From assembly GCA_030390025.1 (NCBI GenBank), contig CM059432.1, positions 70,372,001-70,436,000 of the forward strand: 64,000 nt of DNA, written 5' to 3'. A program made the translations under genes and the position numbers. Origin of the DNA: Squalus acanthias (taxonomy: Eukaryota). Of this stretch, positions 27,203-37,539 are shown in pieces (the first letter of the stretch is position 1; the number at the start of each line of letters is the position of its first letter). The notes beneath the pieces were generated by a model. It was not told where the DNA came from. It searched no databases and was given only the letters and a program-made list of their open reading frames with translations.

Positions 27203-30200
27203 GTACTGGGGCAGGAGAGAGCTGTTCCGTTGGGACGGACTTCACTTGGCCAGTGCTGGGACTAGTGTCCTGGCGAATCGAATAACTAGGGCTGTGGAGA
27301 GGGCTTTAAACTAATTAGTGGGGGGGAGGTTTCAAGAGAGCAAAAAATAAAAATGACAACAGAGAGGGTCATAGACATAGGTAGCAGTAGGGGAATCACA
27401 AATCAGAGCGTGGCAGGAAGGGACAGAGTGTGTGGAGTAAAAGGTAAACTGGTAAAAAGTGAAAAAGCAGGAACTAAGTGCCACAAAGCATATTTGAAAG
27501 TTCTCTATCTGAATGCACGTAGCATTCGTAACAAAATAGACGAGTTAATGGCACAAATAACTACATATGGTTATGATATTGTGGCCATTACAGAAACATG
27601 GCTGCAGGGTGACAATGCCTGGGAATTAAACATACCAGGTTATTTAACGATCAGGAAGGACAGGCAGGAAGGAAGGGGCGGTGGGGTGGCTATGTTAATA
27701 AAGGAAGGAATCACTGTAATACAGAGTAATGATATTGGGTCAAAAAATCATGATAATGAAACAGTTTGGGTGGAGATAAGGAATAATAAGGGGAAAAAAA
27801 CATTAGTGGGCGTAGTCTATAGGCCTCCGAACAGTTGCAACTCTATTGGACGGAGTATCAATCAGGAAATAGTTGAGGCATGTAATAAGGGAACATCTAT
27901 AATTATGGGGGATTTTAACTATCATATTAATTGGACAAATCAAATGGGGCAGGGCTGCCTTGAGGATGAGTTCATTGAGTGTATTAGGGATGGGTTTCTT
28001 GAGCAGTATGTAACTGAACCGACCAGGGGGCAAGCAACCTTAGATCTGGTCCTGTGTAACGAGACAGGATTAATTAAAAATGTCCTAGTGAAGGATCCCC
28101 TTGGAATGAGTGACCATAACATGGTTGAATTCCATATTCAATTAGAGGGTGAGAAGGTTGGATCTCAAACAAGCGTGCTAAGCTTGAATAAAGGAGACTA
28201 TGAAGGTATGCGAGCGGAATTGAGTAGAGTGGATTGGGAAAATAGATTAAAGGGTAAGACGACACATGATCAGTGGTGTACATTCAAGGAGTTATTTTAC
28301 AACTTCCAAAAAAAATATATTCCACTGAAAAGAAAAGGGTGTAAAAGAAAGGACAGTCATCCGTGGCTAAGTAAAGAAATTAAGGATAGTATTCGACTAA
28401 AAACAAGGGCATATAAGGTAGCGAAATCTAGTGGGAGGACAGAGGATTGGGAAAACTTTAAAAGGCAGCAAAAAATAACAAAAAGATTGATTAAGAAAGG
28501 GAAGATAGATTATGAAAGTAAATTAGCAAAAAATATAAAAACAGATAGTAAGAGTTTTTATAGTTATATAAAAAGAAAAAGGGTGGCTAAAGTAAATGTT
28601 GGTCCCTTAGAGGATGAGACCGGGAAATTAATGGTGGGAAATATGGAGATGGCAAAAACACTGAATGAATATTTTGTATCAGTCTTTACAGTAGAGGACA
28701 CTAAGAATATCCCAACACTGGACAAACAGGGGGCTATAGGGGGAGAGGAGCTAAACACGATCAAAACCACTAAGGAAGTGGTACTCGGTAAAATAATGGG
28801 ACTCAAGGCGGATAAATCACCTGGACCTGATGGCTTACATCCTAGAGTCTTGAAGGAAGTGGCGGTAGGGATTGTAGATGCATTGGTAATAATTTTTCAA
28901 AACTCCCTGGATTCCGCTAAGGTCCCGGCAGACTGGAAAACTGCTAATGTAACACCCTTATTTAAAAAGGGCAGTAGACAGAAGGCTGGTAACTATAGAC
29001 CGGTTAGCCTAACATCTGTGGTAGGTAAAATTTTGGAGTCCATTATTAAGGAAACAGTAACAGGACATTTGGATAATCATAATTTAATAAGACAAAGTCA
29101 GCATGGTTTTACGAAGGGGAAGTCATGTTTGACAAATTTGCTGGAGTTCTTTGAGGAAGTAACATATAGAGTGGATAAAGGGGAACCAGTGGACGTAGTG
29201 TATTTAGACTTCCAAAAGGCATTTGACAAGGTGCCACACAAAAGATTATTGCTTAAGGTAAAAAATCACGGGATTGGGGGTAATATTCTGGCATGGATAG
29301 AGGATTGGCTATCTAACAGAAAGCAAAGAGTTGGGATAAATGGTTCATTCTCAGACTGGCAATCAGGAACTAGTGGTGTTCCACAGGGGTCAGTGCTGGG
29401 TCCCCAACTCTTCACAATCTATATTAACGATTTGGAGGAAGGGACCAAGTGTAACATATCAAAATTTGCAGATGATACAAAGATGGGAGGGAAAGTAGTG
29501 AGTGAGGAGGACATAAAAAACCTGCAAGGGGACATAGACAGGCTAAGTAAGTGGGCAGAGATTTGGCAGATGGAATACAACACTGGAAAGTGTGAGGTGA
29601 TGCACTTTGGCAGGAAAAATCCTAGAGCAATTTATTATCTTAATGGCAAGAAACTGGAGAGTACTGAAGTGCAAAGGGATCTGGGGGTCCTGGTGCACGA
29701 AACTCAAAAGGTTAGTATGCAGGTGCAGCAAGTGATTAAGAAGGCAAATGGAATGTTGGCTTTCATTGCTAGGGGGATAGAATATAAAAATAGGGAGGTA
29801 TTGCTTCAGTTGTACAAGGTATTGGTGAGACCGCACCTGGAATACTGCATACAGTTTTGGTGTCCTTACTTAAGGAAAGACATCCTTGCTCTCGAGGCAG
29901 TGCAAAAAAGGTTCACTCGGTTAATCCCGGGGATGAGGGGGTGGTCATATGAGGAGAGGTTGGGTAGATTGGGACTCTACTCATTGGAGTTCAGAAGAAT
30001 GAGAGGCGATCTTATTGAAACATATAAGATTGTGAAGGGGTTGGATCGGGTGGATGCGGGGAGGATGTTCCCGATGACGGGTGAGACGAGAACTAGGGGA
30101 CATAGTCTTAGAATAAGGGGCTGCTCTTTCAAAACTGAGATGAGGAGGAACTACTTCACTCAGAGGGTGGTAGGTCCATGGAATATGCTGCCACAAAAAG

Positions 30201-30537
30201 CTGTAGAAGCTACAACATTAATTAAATTTAAAACAGAAATAGACAGTTTCCTAGAAGTAAAGGGCATTAAGGGTTACGGGGAGCGGGCAGGAATTTGGAC
30301 ATGAGTCTAGGTTCGGATCGGTCATGGCCCTGTGGGTAGTGGAGCGGGCCCAGGGACTGTGTAGCCTGATTCTGCTCCTATTTCGTGTGTGCAATTCTGT
30401 TAGATGCAGGAGATGGTTCTGTGATAGATAGTAGATTGGCGGTTAGGATCAGATCAGCCATGATCTTATTGAATGGCGGAGCAGGCTCGAGGGGCCGATT
30501 GGCCTACTCCTGCTCCTATTTCTATGTTATGTTCTTA
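27203..30537 (+). mobile_element. CR1-clade (HER1-like) LINE, 5'-truncated within ORF1, ORF2 intact
   Basis: ORF1 C-terminus ...DGLHLASAGTSVLANRITRAVERALN* (stop 27312-27314), full ORF2, and CR1 3' tail GATCAGCCATGATC...GGCCTACTCCTGCTCCTATTTCTATG. Confidence 0.95.
27353..30304 (+). CDS. CR1 ORF2: AP-endonuclease + reverse transcriptase, 983 aa, uninterrupted
   Basis: APE motifs NARS, TETWL, YRPP, GDFN, SDHN. RT motifs [39 protein letters not shown]. The true start is uncertain (see findings). Confidence 0.95.
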   Translation: MTTERVIDIGSSRGITNQSVAGRDRVCGVKGKLVKSEKAGTKCHKAYLKVLYLNARSIRNKIDELMAQITTYGYDIVAITETWLQGDNAWELNIPGYLTIRKDRQEGRGGGVAMLIKEGITVIQSNDIGSKNHDNETVWVEIRNNKGKKTLVGVVYRPPNSCNSIGRSINQEIVEACNKGTSIIMGDFNYHINWTNQMGQGCLEDEFIECIRDGFLEQYVTEPTRGQATLDLVLCNETGLIKNVLVKDPLGMSDHNMVEFHIQLEGEKVGSQTSVLSLNKGDYEGMRAELSRVDWENRLKGKTTHDQWCTFKELFYNFQKKYIPLKRKGCKRKDSHPWLSKEIKDSIRLKTRAYKVAKSSGRTEDWENFKRQQKITKRLIKKGKIDYESKLAKNIKTDSKSFYSYIKRKRVAKVNVGPLEDETGKLMVGNMEMAKTLNEYFVSVFTVEDTKNIPTLDKQGAIGGEELNTIKTTKEVVLGKIMGLKADKSPGPDGLHPRVLKEVAVGIVDALVIIFQNSLDSAKVPADWKTANVTPLFKKGSRQKAGNYRPVSLTSVVGKILESIIKETVTGHLDNHNLIRQSQHGFTKGKSCLTNLLEFFEEVTYRVDKGEPVDVVYLDFQKAFDKVPHKRLLLKVKNHGIGGNILAWIEDWLSNRKQRVGINGSFSDWQSGTSGVPQGSVLGPQLFTIYINDLEEGTKCNISKFADDTKMGGKVVSEEDIKNLQGDIDRLSKWAEIWQMEYNTGKCEVMHFGRKNPRAIYYLNGKKLESTEVQRDLGVLVHETQKVSMQVQQVIKKANGMLAFIARGIEYKNREVLLQLYKVLVRPHLEYCIQFWCPYLRKDILALEAVQKRFTRLIPGMRGWSYEERLGRLGLYSLEFRRMRGDLIETYKIVKGLDRVDAGRMFPMTGETRTRGHSLRIRGCSFKTEMRRNYFTQRVVGPWNMLPQKAVEATTLIKFKTEIDSFLEVKGIKGYGERAGIWT

Positions 30538-32400
30538 TTTTCCCACATTAAACTCCATCTGCCAGATTTTTGCCCACTCACTTAGCCTATCTATATCCCC
30601 TTGGAGATTCTTTGCGTCCTCCACACCATTTGCTTTCCCACCTATCTTTGTATCATCAGCAAATTTGGCTACACAACACTCGGTCCCTTCATCCAAGTCA
30701 TTAATATAGATTGTAAATAGTTGAGGCCCCAGCACTGATCCCTGCGGCACCCCACTAGTTACCGTTTGCCAACCTGAAAATGACCCATTTATCCCGACTC
30801 TCTGTTTTCTGTTAGTTAGCCAATCCTCTATCCATGCTAATATACTACCCCCAACCCCGTGAGCTCTTATCTTGTGCAGTAACCTTTTATGTGGCACCTT
30901 ATCGAATGCATTCTGGAAATCCAAATACACATCTACTGGTTCCCCTTTATCCACCCTGCTCATTACATCCTCAAAGAACTCCAGCAAATTTGTCAAACAT
31001 GATTTTCCTTTCATAAAACCATGCTGACTCTGCTTGACTATATTATGATTTTCTAAATCTCCTGCTATCACTTCATTAATGATGCACTCCAGCATTTTCC
31101 CCAATGACAGATGTTAGGCTAACTGGTCAATAGTTGCCTGCTTTCTGTCTCCCTCCTTTCTTAAATAGGGGTGTTACATTTGCGGTTTTCCAGTCCGCCG
31201 GGACCTCTCCAGAATCCAGGGAATTTTGGTAGATTATAACCAATGCATCCACTATCTCTGCAGCCACCTCTTTTAAGACTCTAGGATGCACGCCACTGGG
31301 TCCAGGGGACCTGTCCACCTTTAGTCCCATTAGTTTGCCTACTACTTTCTCTCTAGTGATAGTGATTGTTTTAAGTTCACCCCCCCCACCACCCCAATAG
31401 CCCCATGATTATCCATTATTGGGATGCTTTTAGTGTCTTCTACCGTGAAGACCGATACAAAATATTTGTTCAAGGTCTCCGCCATTTCCCTGTTCCCATT
31501 ATTAATTCCCCAGACTCAGCCTCTAGGGGGCCAACGTTTTCTTTAGCTACTCTCTTCCTTTTTATATACCTGTAGAAGCTCTTACTGTCTGTTTTTATAT
31601 TTCTTGCTAGCTTACTCTCATAAGCTATCTTCTCTCTCTTTCATTTTTTTAGTCACCTTTGCTGCTTTTTAAAAATTTCCCAATCCTCTGGCCTTTCACT
31701 ATTCTTCGCAACATTGTATGCTTTTGTTCTCAATTTGATACCATCCTTTACTTCCTTAGTTAGCCACGGATGGTTCATCCTTCTCTTAGAGTCTTTCTTT
31801 CTCACTGGAATATATCTTTGCTGAGATATCTCCTTAAGTGTTTGCCACTGCTTTTCTACAGTCTTACCCTGTAATATATTTTCCCAGTCCACTTTAACCA
31901 AGTCTGCCTTCATACCTTTGTAATTACCTTTGTTTAAGTTCAGGACACTAGTTTGAGACCTAGCTTTCTCACCCTCAAACTGAATTTGAAATTCTACCAT
32001 GCTATGATCACTCTTCCCAAGAGGATCCTTCACTTCGAGATCATTAATTAATCCAGCCTCGTTACACATTACCAGATCTAAAATAGTCTTCTTCCTGGTT
32101 GGTTCCACAACATATTGTTCCAAGAAACCATCCCGTATACACTCTAAGAACTCTGCAAGTCTACCTTTGCCAATTTGCTTTGTCCAATCAATAGGAAGAT
32201 GAAAATCTCCCATGATTATAGCTGTACCTTTCTTACAAGCCTCTATCATTTCTTGATTTATTCTCTGTCCTACAGTGTGGCTACTGTTGGGGGGGGCCTG
32301 TAGACCACTCCCACCAGTGACTTTTTACCCTTATTATTTCTTATCTCCACCCAAACTGATTTTACATCTTTATCTTCTAGGCCAGTATCATTTCTCATTA
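30538..32400 (-). mobile_element. CR1 LINE 5' part (APE-RT) of the same host element
   Basis: ORFs 30535-31104, 31127-31330 and 31653-32249. Joins seamlessly to 27202 (gataacctcgca|ttttcccacatt). Confidence 0.9.
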
Positions 32401-33769
32401 CTGCGAGAGATTACTGTGGTTGACATCCAAGTCCCCCACTCTACAGTCTGCACTCTTGCTTTCCCAAATGGTGTTCAATATGGAGGAATACTGATACATC
32501 AGTTGAAGGGGGCAGCAATCAGCAATTGGTTTCCTTGGCCTTGCTGAAGCAATGAGAATTCATGGGGTCCCAAATCAACGTTGAGGATTCCCAGGGCAAA
32601 GCCCATCAGACTGTATACCACTGTGCCCCACCTCTATTAGGTCTATTCTGACAATGTAAACTGGGATGTTGGCTGCTTGATATGACTGAGTACAGCTATA
32701 TCAGGCTTTTGCACGTGGGACAGCTCTCACATCTTTAGACACCAGTCCCTAAACGTTGGCAAGGAGGGCTTTGCAGTGTCGACTGGGCTGAGACTGCCAA
32801 GAGTCTCTTGATCCATGGTCAACAGATCCATCCAATGTTTCTCATGATTCTGTAATGACTCTTTGTTTAATGCCATACCATTAGCGAACCCATTCAACAT
32901 GGAAAAATGTCAAATATAAGATGGCTAAAATACAAAATAAATATATTCCTATATGGCAAAAAGCAGGAACAAAGAATAGATTTCCATGGATAAATAGAGA
33001 TTAAGGCTAAATGGAAACTTAAAAAGGTATATGATAAAATTAGGGATAAAATGCTGAAGATAATTATGACGAATATTGAAGTTAGTGGATTATAGTGGAG
33101 GTGAAAAGTGAGATTAGAAGGGCTAAATGGGAATATGAAAAAAGGCCATCAGATAATCTAAATGGGTATAGTAAGGGCTTTTGAGCATATAAAAAGTAAT
33201 AGATTAACAAGAGGATTCAGGAGTGAATCTAATTGTGGCGAATGACAGTATGGAGGAGCTATTAAATAAATATTTTGGACTGGTTTTAACAATGATGATA
33301 GAAGTGAGAATGCAGGTGTACTTAGGGAACAACAGAGATAACTGTAGAAAAGGAATTGGTGCTTAAAAAAATTAGCAGAACTCAAAAGGTGGACAGGTCA
33401 CAGGCCCCTGATGGCATGCATCCTTGGCTACTGAAAGTTAAAGAGGAAATAATGCATTTTGGAAGGAAAAACAATTGCGCATTTACAAATCGATTGAAAG
33501 AAGCTGAAAGGCGTGGATGAACAGAGAAACCATGGGGTTCAAAAATATAATTATCTGAAAGTACAACTGCAGGTAGATAAAGCCATAAAAAGCACATTTT
33601 GGGTTAAATATGCAGGGACTTGAGTACAAAAGTACTAATAAATTTGTACAAAACATTGGTTAGGTCAGTTGAAATACCTTATAGAAAGACTTCCATTTAT
33701 GCAGCGCCTTTCATGACCTTGGGGGACCGACTATAGAAAGAACATTAAAGCCATAGAAAGTGTACATTT

Positions 33770-34182
33770 TAAATTGAGTAGATTGGGCCTAGACTCTGGA
33801 GTTTAGAAGAATGAGAGGTGATCATTGAAACATAAAAGATTCTGAGGGGGATTGACAGGGTAGATGCGGAGAGGCTCTTTTCCCCTGGCTGGAGAGTCAA
33901 GAACTAGGGGGCATAGTCTCAGGATAAGGGGTTGGCCATTTAAGACAGAGATGAGGAGGAATTTCTTCACTCAGAGGGTTGTGAATCTTTGGAATTCTCT
34001 CCCCCAAAGGGCGGTGGATGCCGAGTTGTTGAGTATATTGAAGGCTGAGATAGATAGATTTTTCTCTAGGGGAAATCAAGGGATCGGGTAGGAAAGTGGA
34101 GTTCAGGCTGAAGATCAGCCATGATCGGATTGAATGGCGGAGCAGGCTCGAGGGGCCGTATGGCCTGCTCCTTATTTTCTCG
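33770..34182 (+). mobile_element. CR1 3' fragment inside an older degraded CR1 (~32880-34500)
   Basis: RRNFFTQRVVNLWNSLP and a standard tail. Confidence 0.85.
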
Positions 34183-35611
34183 TGTACAGTGTAGATTCAC
34201 CAATATGACCACCAGTAATGGGAAACTATAATTTAGAGGAAAGACTTCAGATACTGTAACTATTTTCACTAGAGCAGAGAAAGCCAAGAGGAGATTTAAT
34301 AAGAGGTTTAAAAAAAATTATAAAAGGTTTTTATAGAGTGAATAGGGAGACTATTTTAAGGGAAAATTAAATACTTTAAGCAGGGGAAGATAGAAAGCTA
34401 TGGAGAGAGTAGGATATTCGGATTACTTTTGAATTTCTCTAGCAAATAGATGCCACAGATAATGGGACGAAAGGCCCACTTGTGCTGTAAACTTATTTGG
34501 TTCCATAGTATTTGCAGGGGAGCTGCCCACACAAAGAAGTTTGAAATCTACTGACTTATATTTAACAACTTACAACAAAATTTCCCATGTAGCTCTTTTG
34601 TCTACACAAAAGTGTAAAAACCAGCATAATAAGCGCAAATAAAGCACCACCAATAAGGTTAGAGTGTGGTGTGCTGTCTTCTGCATGGTGCTTCACTGAT
34701 CCTTTTGTCTCTGCTGCTTTGCTTTGTCCTCTTTTATTATGCACAACAGGGGTATGCCCATTGGGAAGGTCATGCCAGCTGCTTAGTTCTTCTGAACATG
34801 TGTGGATGGCAGGGATCTGAAAAATTTTGGGTGCACTGAAACCAACAGCATTTTGGCTAAGTACAGGGCAGGTTCAGTACTTTTAAAAAAAAACGCAAAG
34901 AAAATAGTTATCCAACACCAGAAAGCTGTTCGGCCAATATTGGGCGATTCGGGCTGTGCTGTGCCTAAATTTTTGTGCATAAACTTATGCCAGCACAGGA
35001 AACTCACGTGAGCTGATCTTTTGCATGGGGGAGGAGCTGTAAATGAGTAACAGAGGCCTTCAGCAGTATCCTGAAAGCAGTACAAACCATCAAAGAAATT
35101 CGCAAGCACTGATGTTTTTTTTTTGCATAAAACCACCCTAAATCAGTTATGTGCAAATTTCCTCAGGGGAAAGAAGGTGCAGCAACGTTCTTACGCCGGA
35201 AAATTCCAGGAAATTCTGCGCCATATTGCTGACAAACCAATATATTTTCTGCATTCTGTAGCGTTAATATTTGGATCAATTGCTGTTTTACCTCGCATTG
35301 CTTTATAAATTTCAATAATTTGACTCTCCTAATATGTTTCTCTAGAATGATGAACAAATCCTTCCATTTTCTTCCAATATAATTTACAATAGGAATCAAA
35401 GATAATCAGCATCATACATAAATTGCTTATGTCTGTACATCTGAAGACCAGTGTTAACCTGGTAAAAGCATTTAAAAATAATCCTCTTCAGCTGAAGATA
35501 TTATAACTATTTAGTGCAACATTCCAGTTCTCATTATGACACAAAGGAAAAGTTCAGGGATTGGTGCAGTTCAGTACTACCGGTAGCAATATAACAGATG
35601 AAAAATACATT

Positions 35612-36367
35612 GGGCCGGATTTTCCGATCGGAGGCTTCCTGCGTGCGGATGCCTCCGATCGGGAAAAATCTACGCACTTACCTGCTGGCTCCGTAGATCC
35701 TGAGACTTCCGATCCTGGGCCTCTCCTGGTCCGCCCACGCAGAGGCCCAGGTATCCCAGGGGCGCATGCGGTTCGCAAGCGTCCCTGGGATCACGTGGGC
35801 CAAGGGGAACCAATCAAAAAAGGGAATCCCCCTTCACACTTTTGACAATTCTCTACGCACAGATCTGTCAAAAGTATGAATGGGGATCACTCAAAAAAGT
35901 TAAACATTAAATAAATTTTAAAAAATAATGTATTTAAAATTAGTTAAAATGACATTAAATTAAATATTTTAAAGAAAATTAACTTTGAAAAAAATGTAAG
36001 TTTTTTTACGGGGCTAAAAATAAACTTACCTTTTTTAAAAGTATTTTTAAATTATAAATGAATGAAAAATTTTAAAAAAAAATTTTTTTAAAGTCTTATG
36101 CTGGTAAAAGCAGGCCTTAAGCCTGCTTTTACCAGGCGTAAGATTTTTTTTAAAGGTTTTCAGCGGGCGGAGGTTGTGCAGAAAATGGAACTCTGCCCGC
36201 AGAGGCCCTTCTCCCGGGCAGGCGGATGATCTGTCAAGAGAATTTTTAACAGATCGGAAGTGCCGGTTTTCAGTGCATGCGCTTCACATGTCTGAAACCG
36301 GCATTTGCGAGGCCCCTATGGGTGTGTACACACCTCGTACCCACCCATGGGGGTCGGAATATCCAGT
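35612..36367. mobile_element. Non-autonomous multi-hairpin TIR element, family B
   Basis: att|GGGCCGGATTTTCCGA ... TCGGAATATCCAGT|att. CpG-rich arms, AT-rich centre, about 10 inverted repeats. Confidence 0.7.
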
Positions 36368-37371
36368 ATTGTTTTCTCTCTCGCACCCCCACGCACGCAC
36401 GTGCGCAGATACACACGCACAATGTTATCAACACCAAGGTGAAAGATTAATAAGAGCCCTCTTTCAGCCTTTTTACAAATTGCACAAATACTCTGGTGTC
36501 AATCAGTTTCAGAGTTTATACAAGGATTTCTCCCTCATGGAAAAACTATTATAATCCCCAAATCTTTGTTTACTTGTCTTCTCATTTCTTCTGTTCTACC
36601 AACTTCACACTTTCTAAATCTGTACCTGCACACAATTCACCTCGCACATTCTCCGCCCACCCCCAAAGATAGTATTAAATGTTGATGTGCTGAGTCGGTA
36701 CAAAAGAGAAGGGAGGGTTTAAAGAGCACTGCATCTGCCGTTACACAAAATACACATCATGGCCAGTTTACCTTGGTCTTTTCTTTTTCATTGACACCTT
36801 ATTTTGGAGAAAATTGTGGGGAAGGAGGGGTGGAAAGTGAACAAGCCCTGACACAATTTTGGGAACAAGAGTTCCACAGCACTTGACATTACAATCTTTT
36901 TAAAGAGATTGACTCATTGTTTAACTGTAGACTTAAGTGACAGGCTAAAATTTAAGTTAAACTGAAATTTTCTTCAGGTCATGCTCAAACTAAACTCCAG
37001 AGTTAATATTTCACAAATTTTTGCACCGATCAAAGATGGGATGACAATATTTACATGTTTGATTCTTACTGCCATTTTGCTGGTTACTTTGCTTCAAAAG
37101 TATTTGAAGTGGAATAGTGTCACAATATTTGAAGTTATTTTAACAAGGCTGTCCATGCTATATGCAATCTCATTCCATAGCATTATCTGCTAAAGACATT
37201 TCTAAAATATTTAGAACAGGAAATTGTTAAAATATACACACTTCAGACAATTGGTACTTCCTACGTAATTTCAACTTTTGTAAAGCCTGCATCATTAAAA
37301 TTTGATATTATAACCTGTTTTGCAGAACATATAATCCCAGCAAGAATGTGCAAAAATAAAGTAAAATGTAC

Positions 37372-37539
37372 CTGGTAACTTAAAAAGAAAATGGTCAGCT
37401 ACAGAGTGGCAGGTTCTTCCTTTCTGGATAATTACTTTAGCTAAAAAATAGTAATAGTCTACAGGTATGGCCCCATGATAATAAACAATCAGAGCGGGCC
37501 CCGCATTAGGAATCTTTTCCAATCCATGAACTTCGTAAC
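37372..37539 (-). CDS. TMEM68: TMEM68 coding exon 2 (contains the acyltransferase H-x5-D motif YYHGAIPVD)
   Basis: Acceptor ttctcag|GT, donor CCAG|gtacat; 168 nt, phase 1-1. Translates as (G)YEVHGLEKIPNAGPALIVYYHGAIPVDYYYFLAKVIIQKGRTCHSVADHFLFKLP(G). Confidence 0.96.

Noticed and set aside
27803..31016. Antisense ORFs within CR1 copies
   Set aside because: Reverse-frame shadows of RT coding sequence, not independent genes.
34590..35222. Possible further degenerate TIR element ending AAATTCTGCGCC
   Set aside because: Only one terminus is recognisable; no matching left end or TSD.
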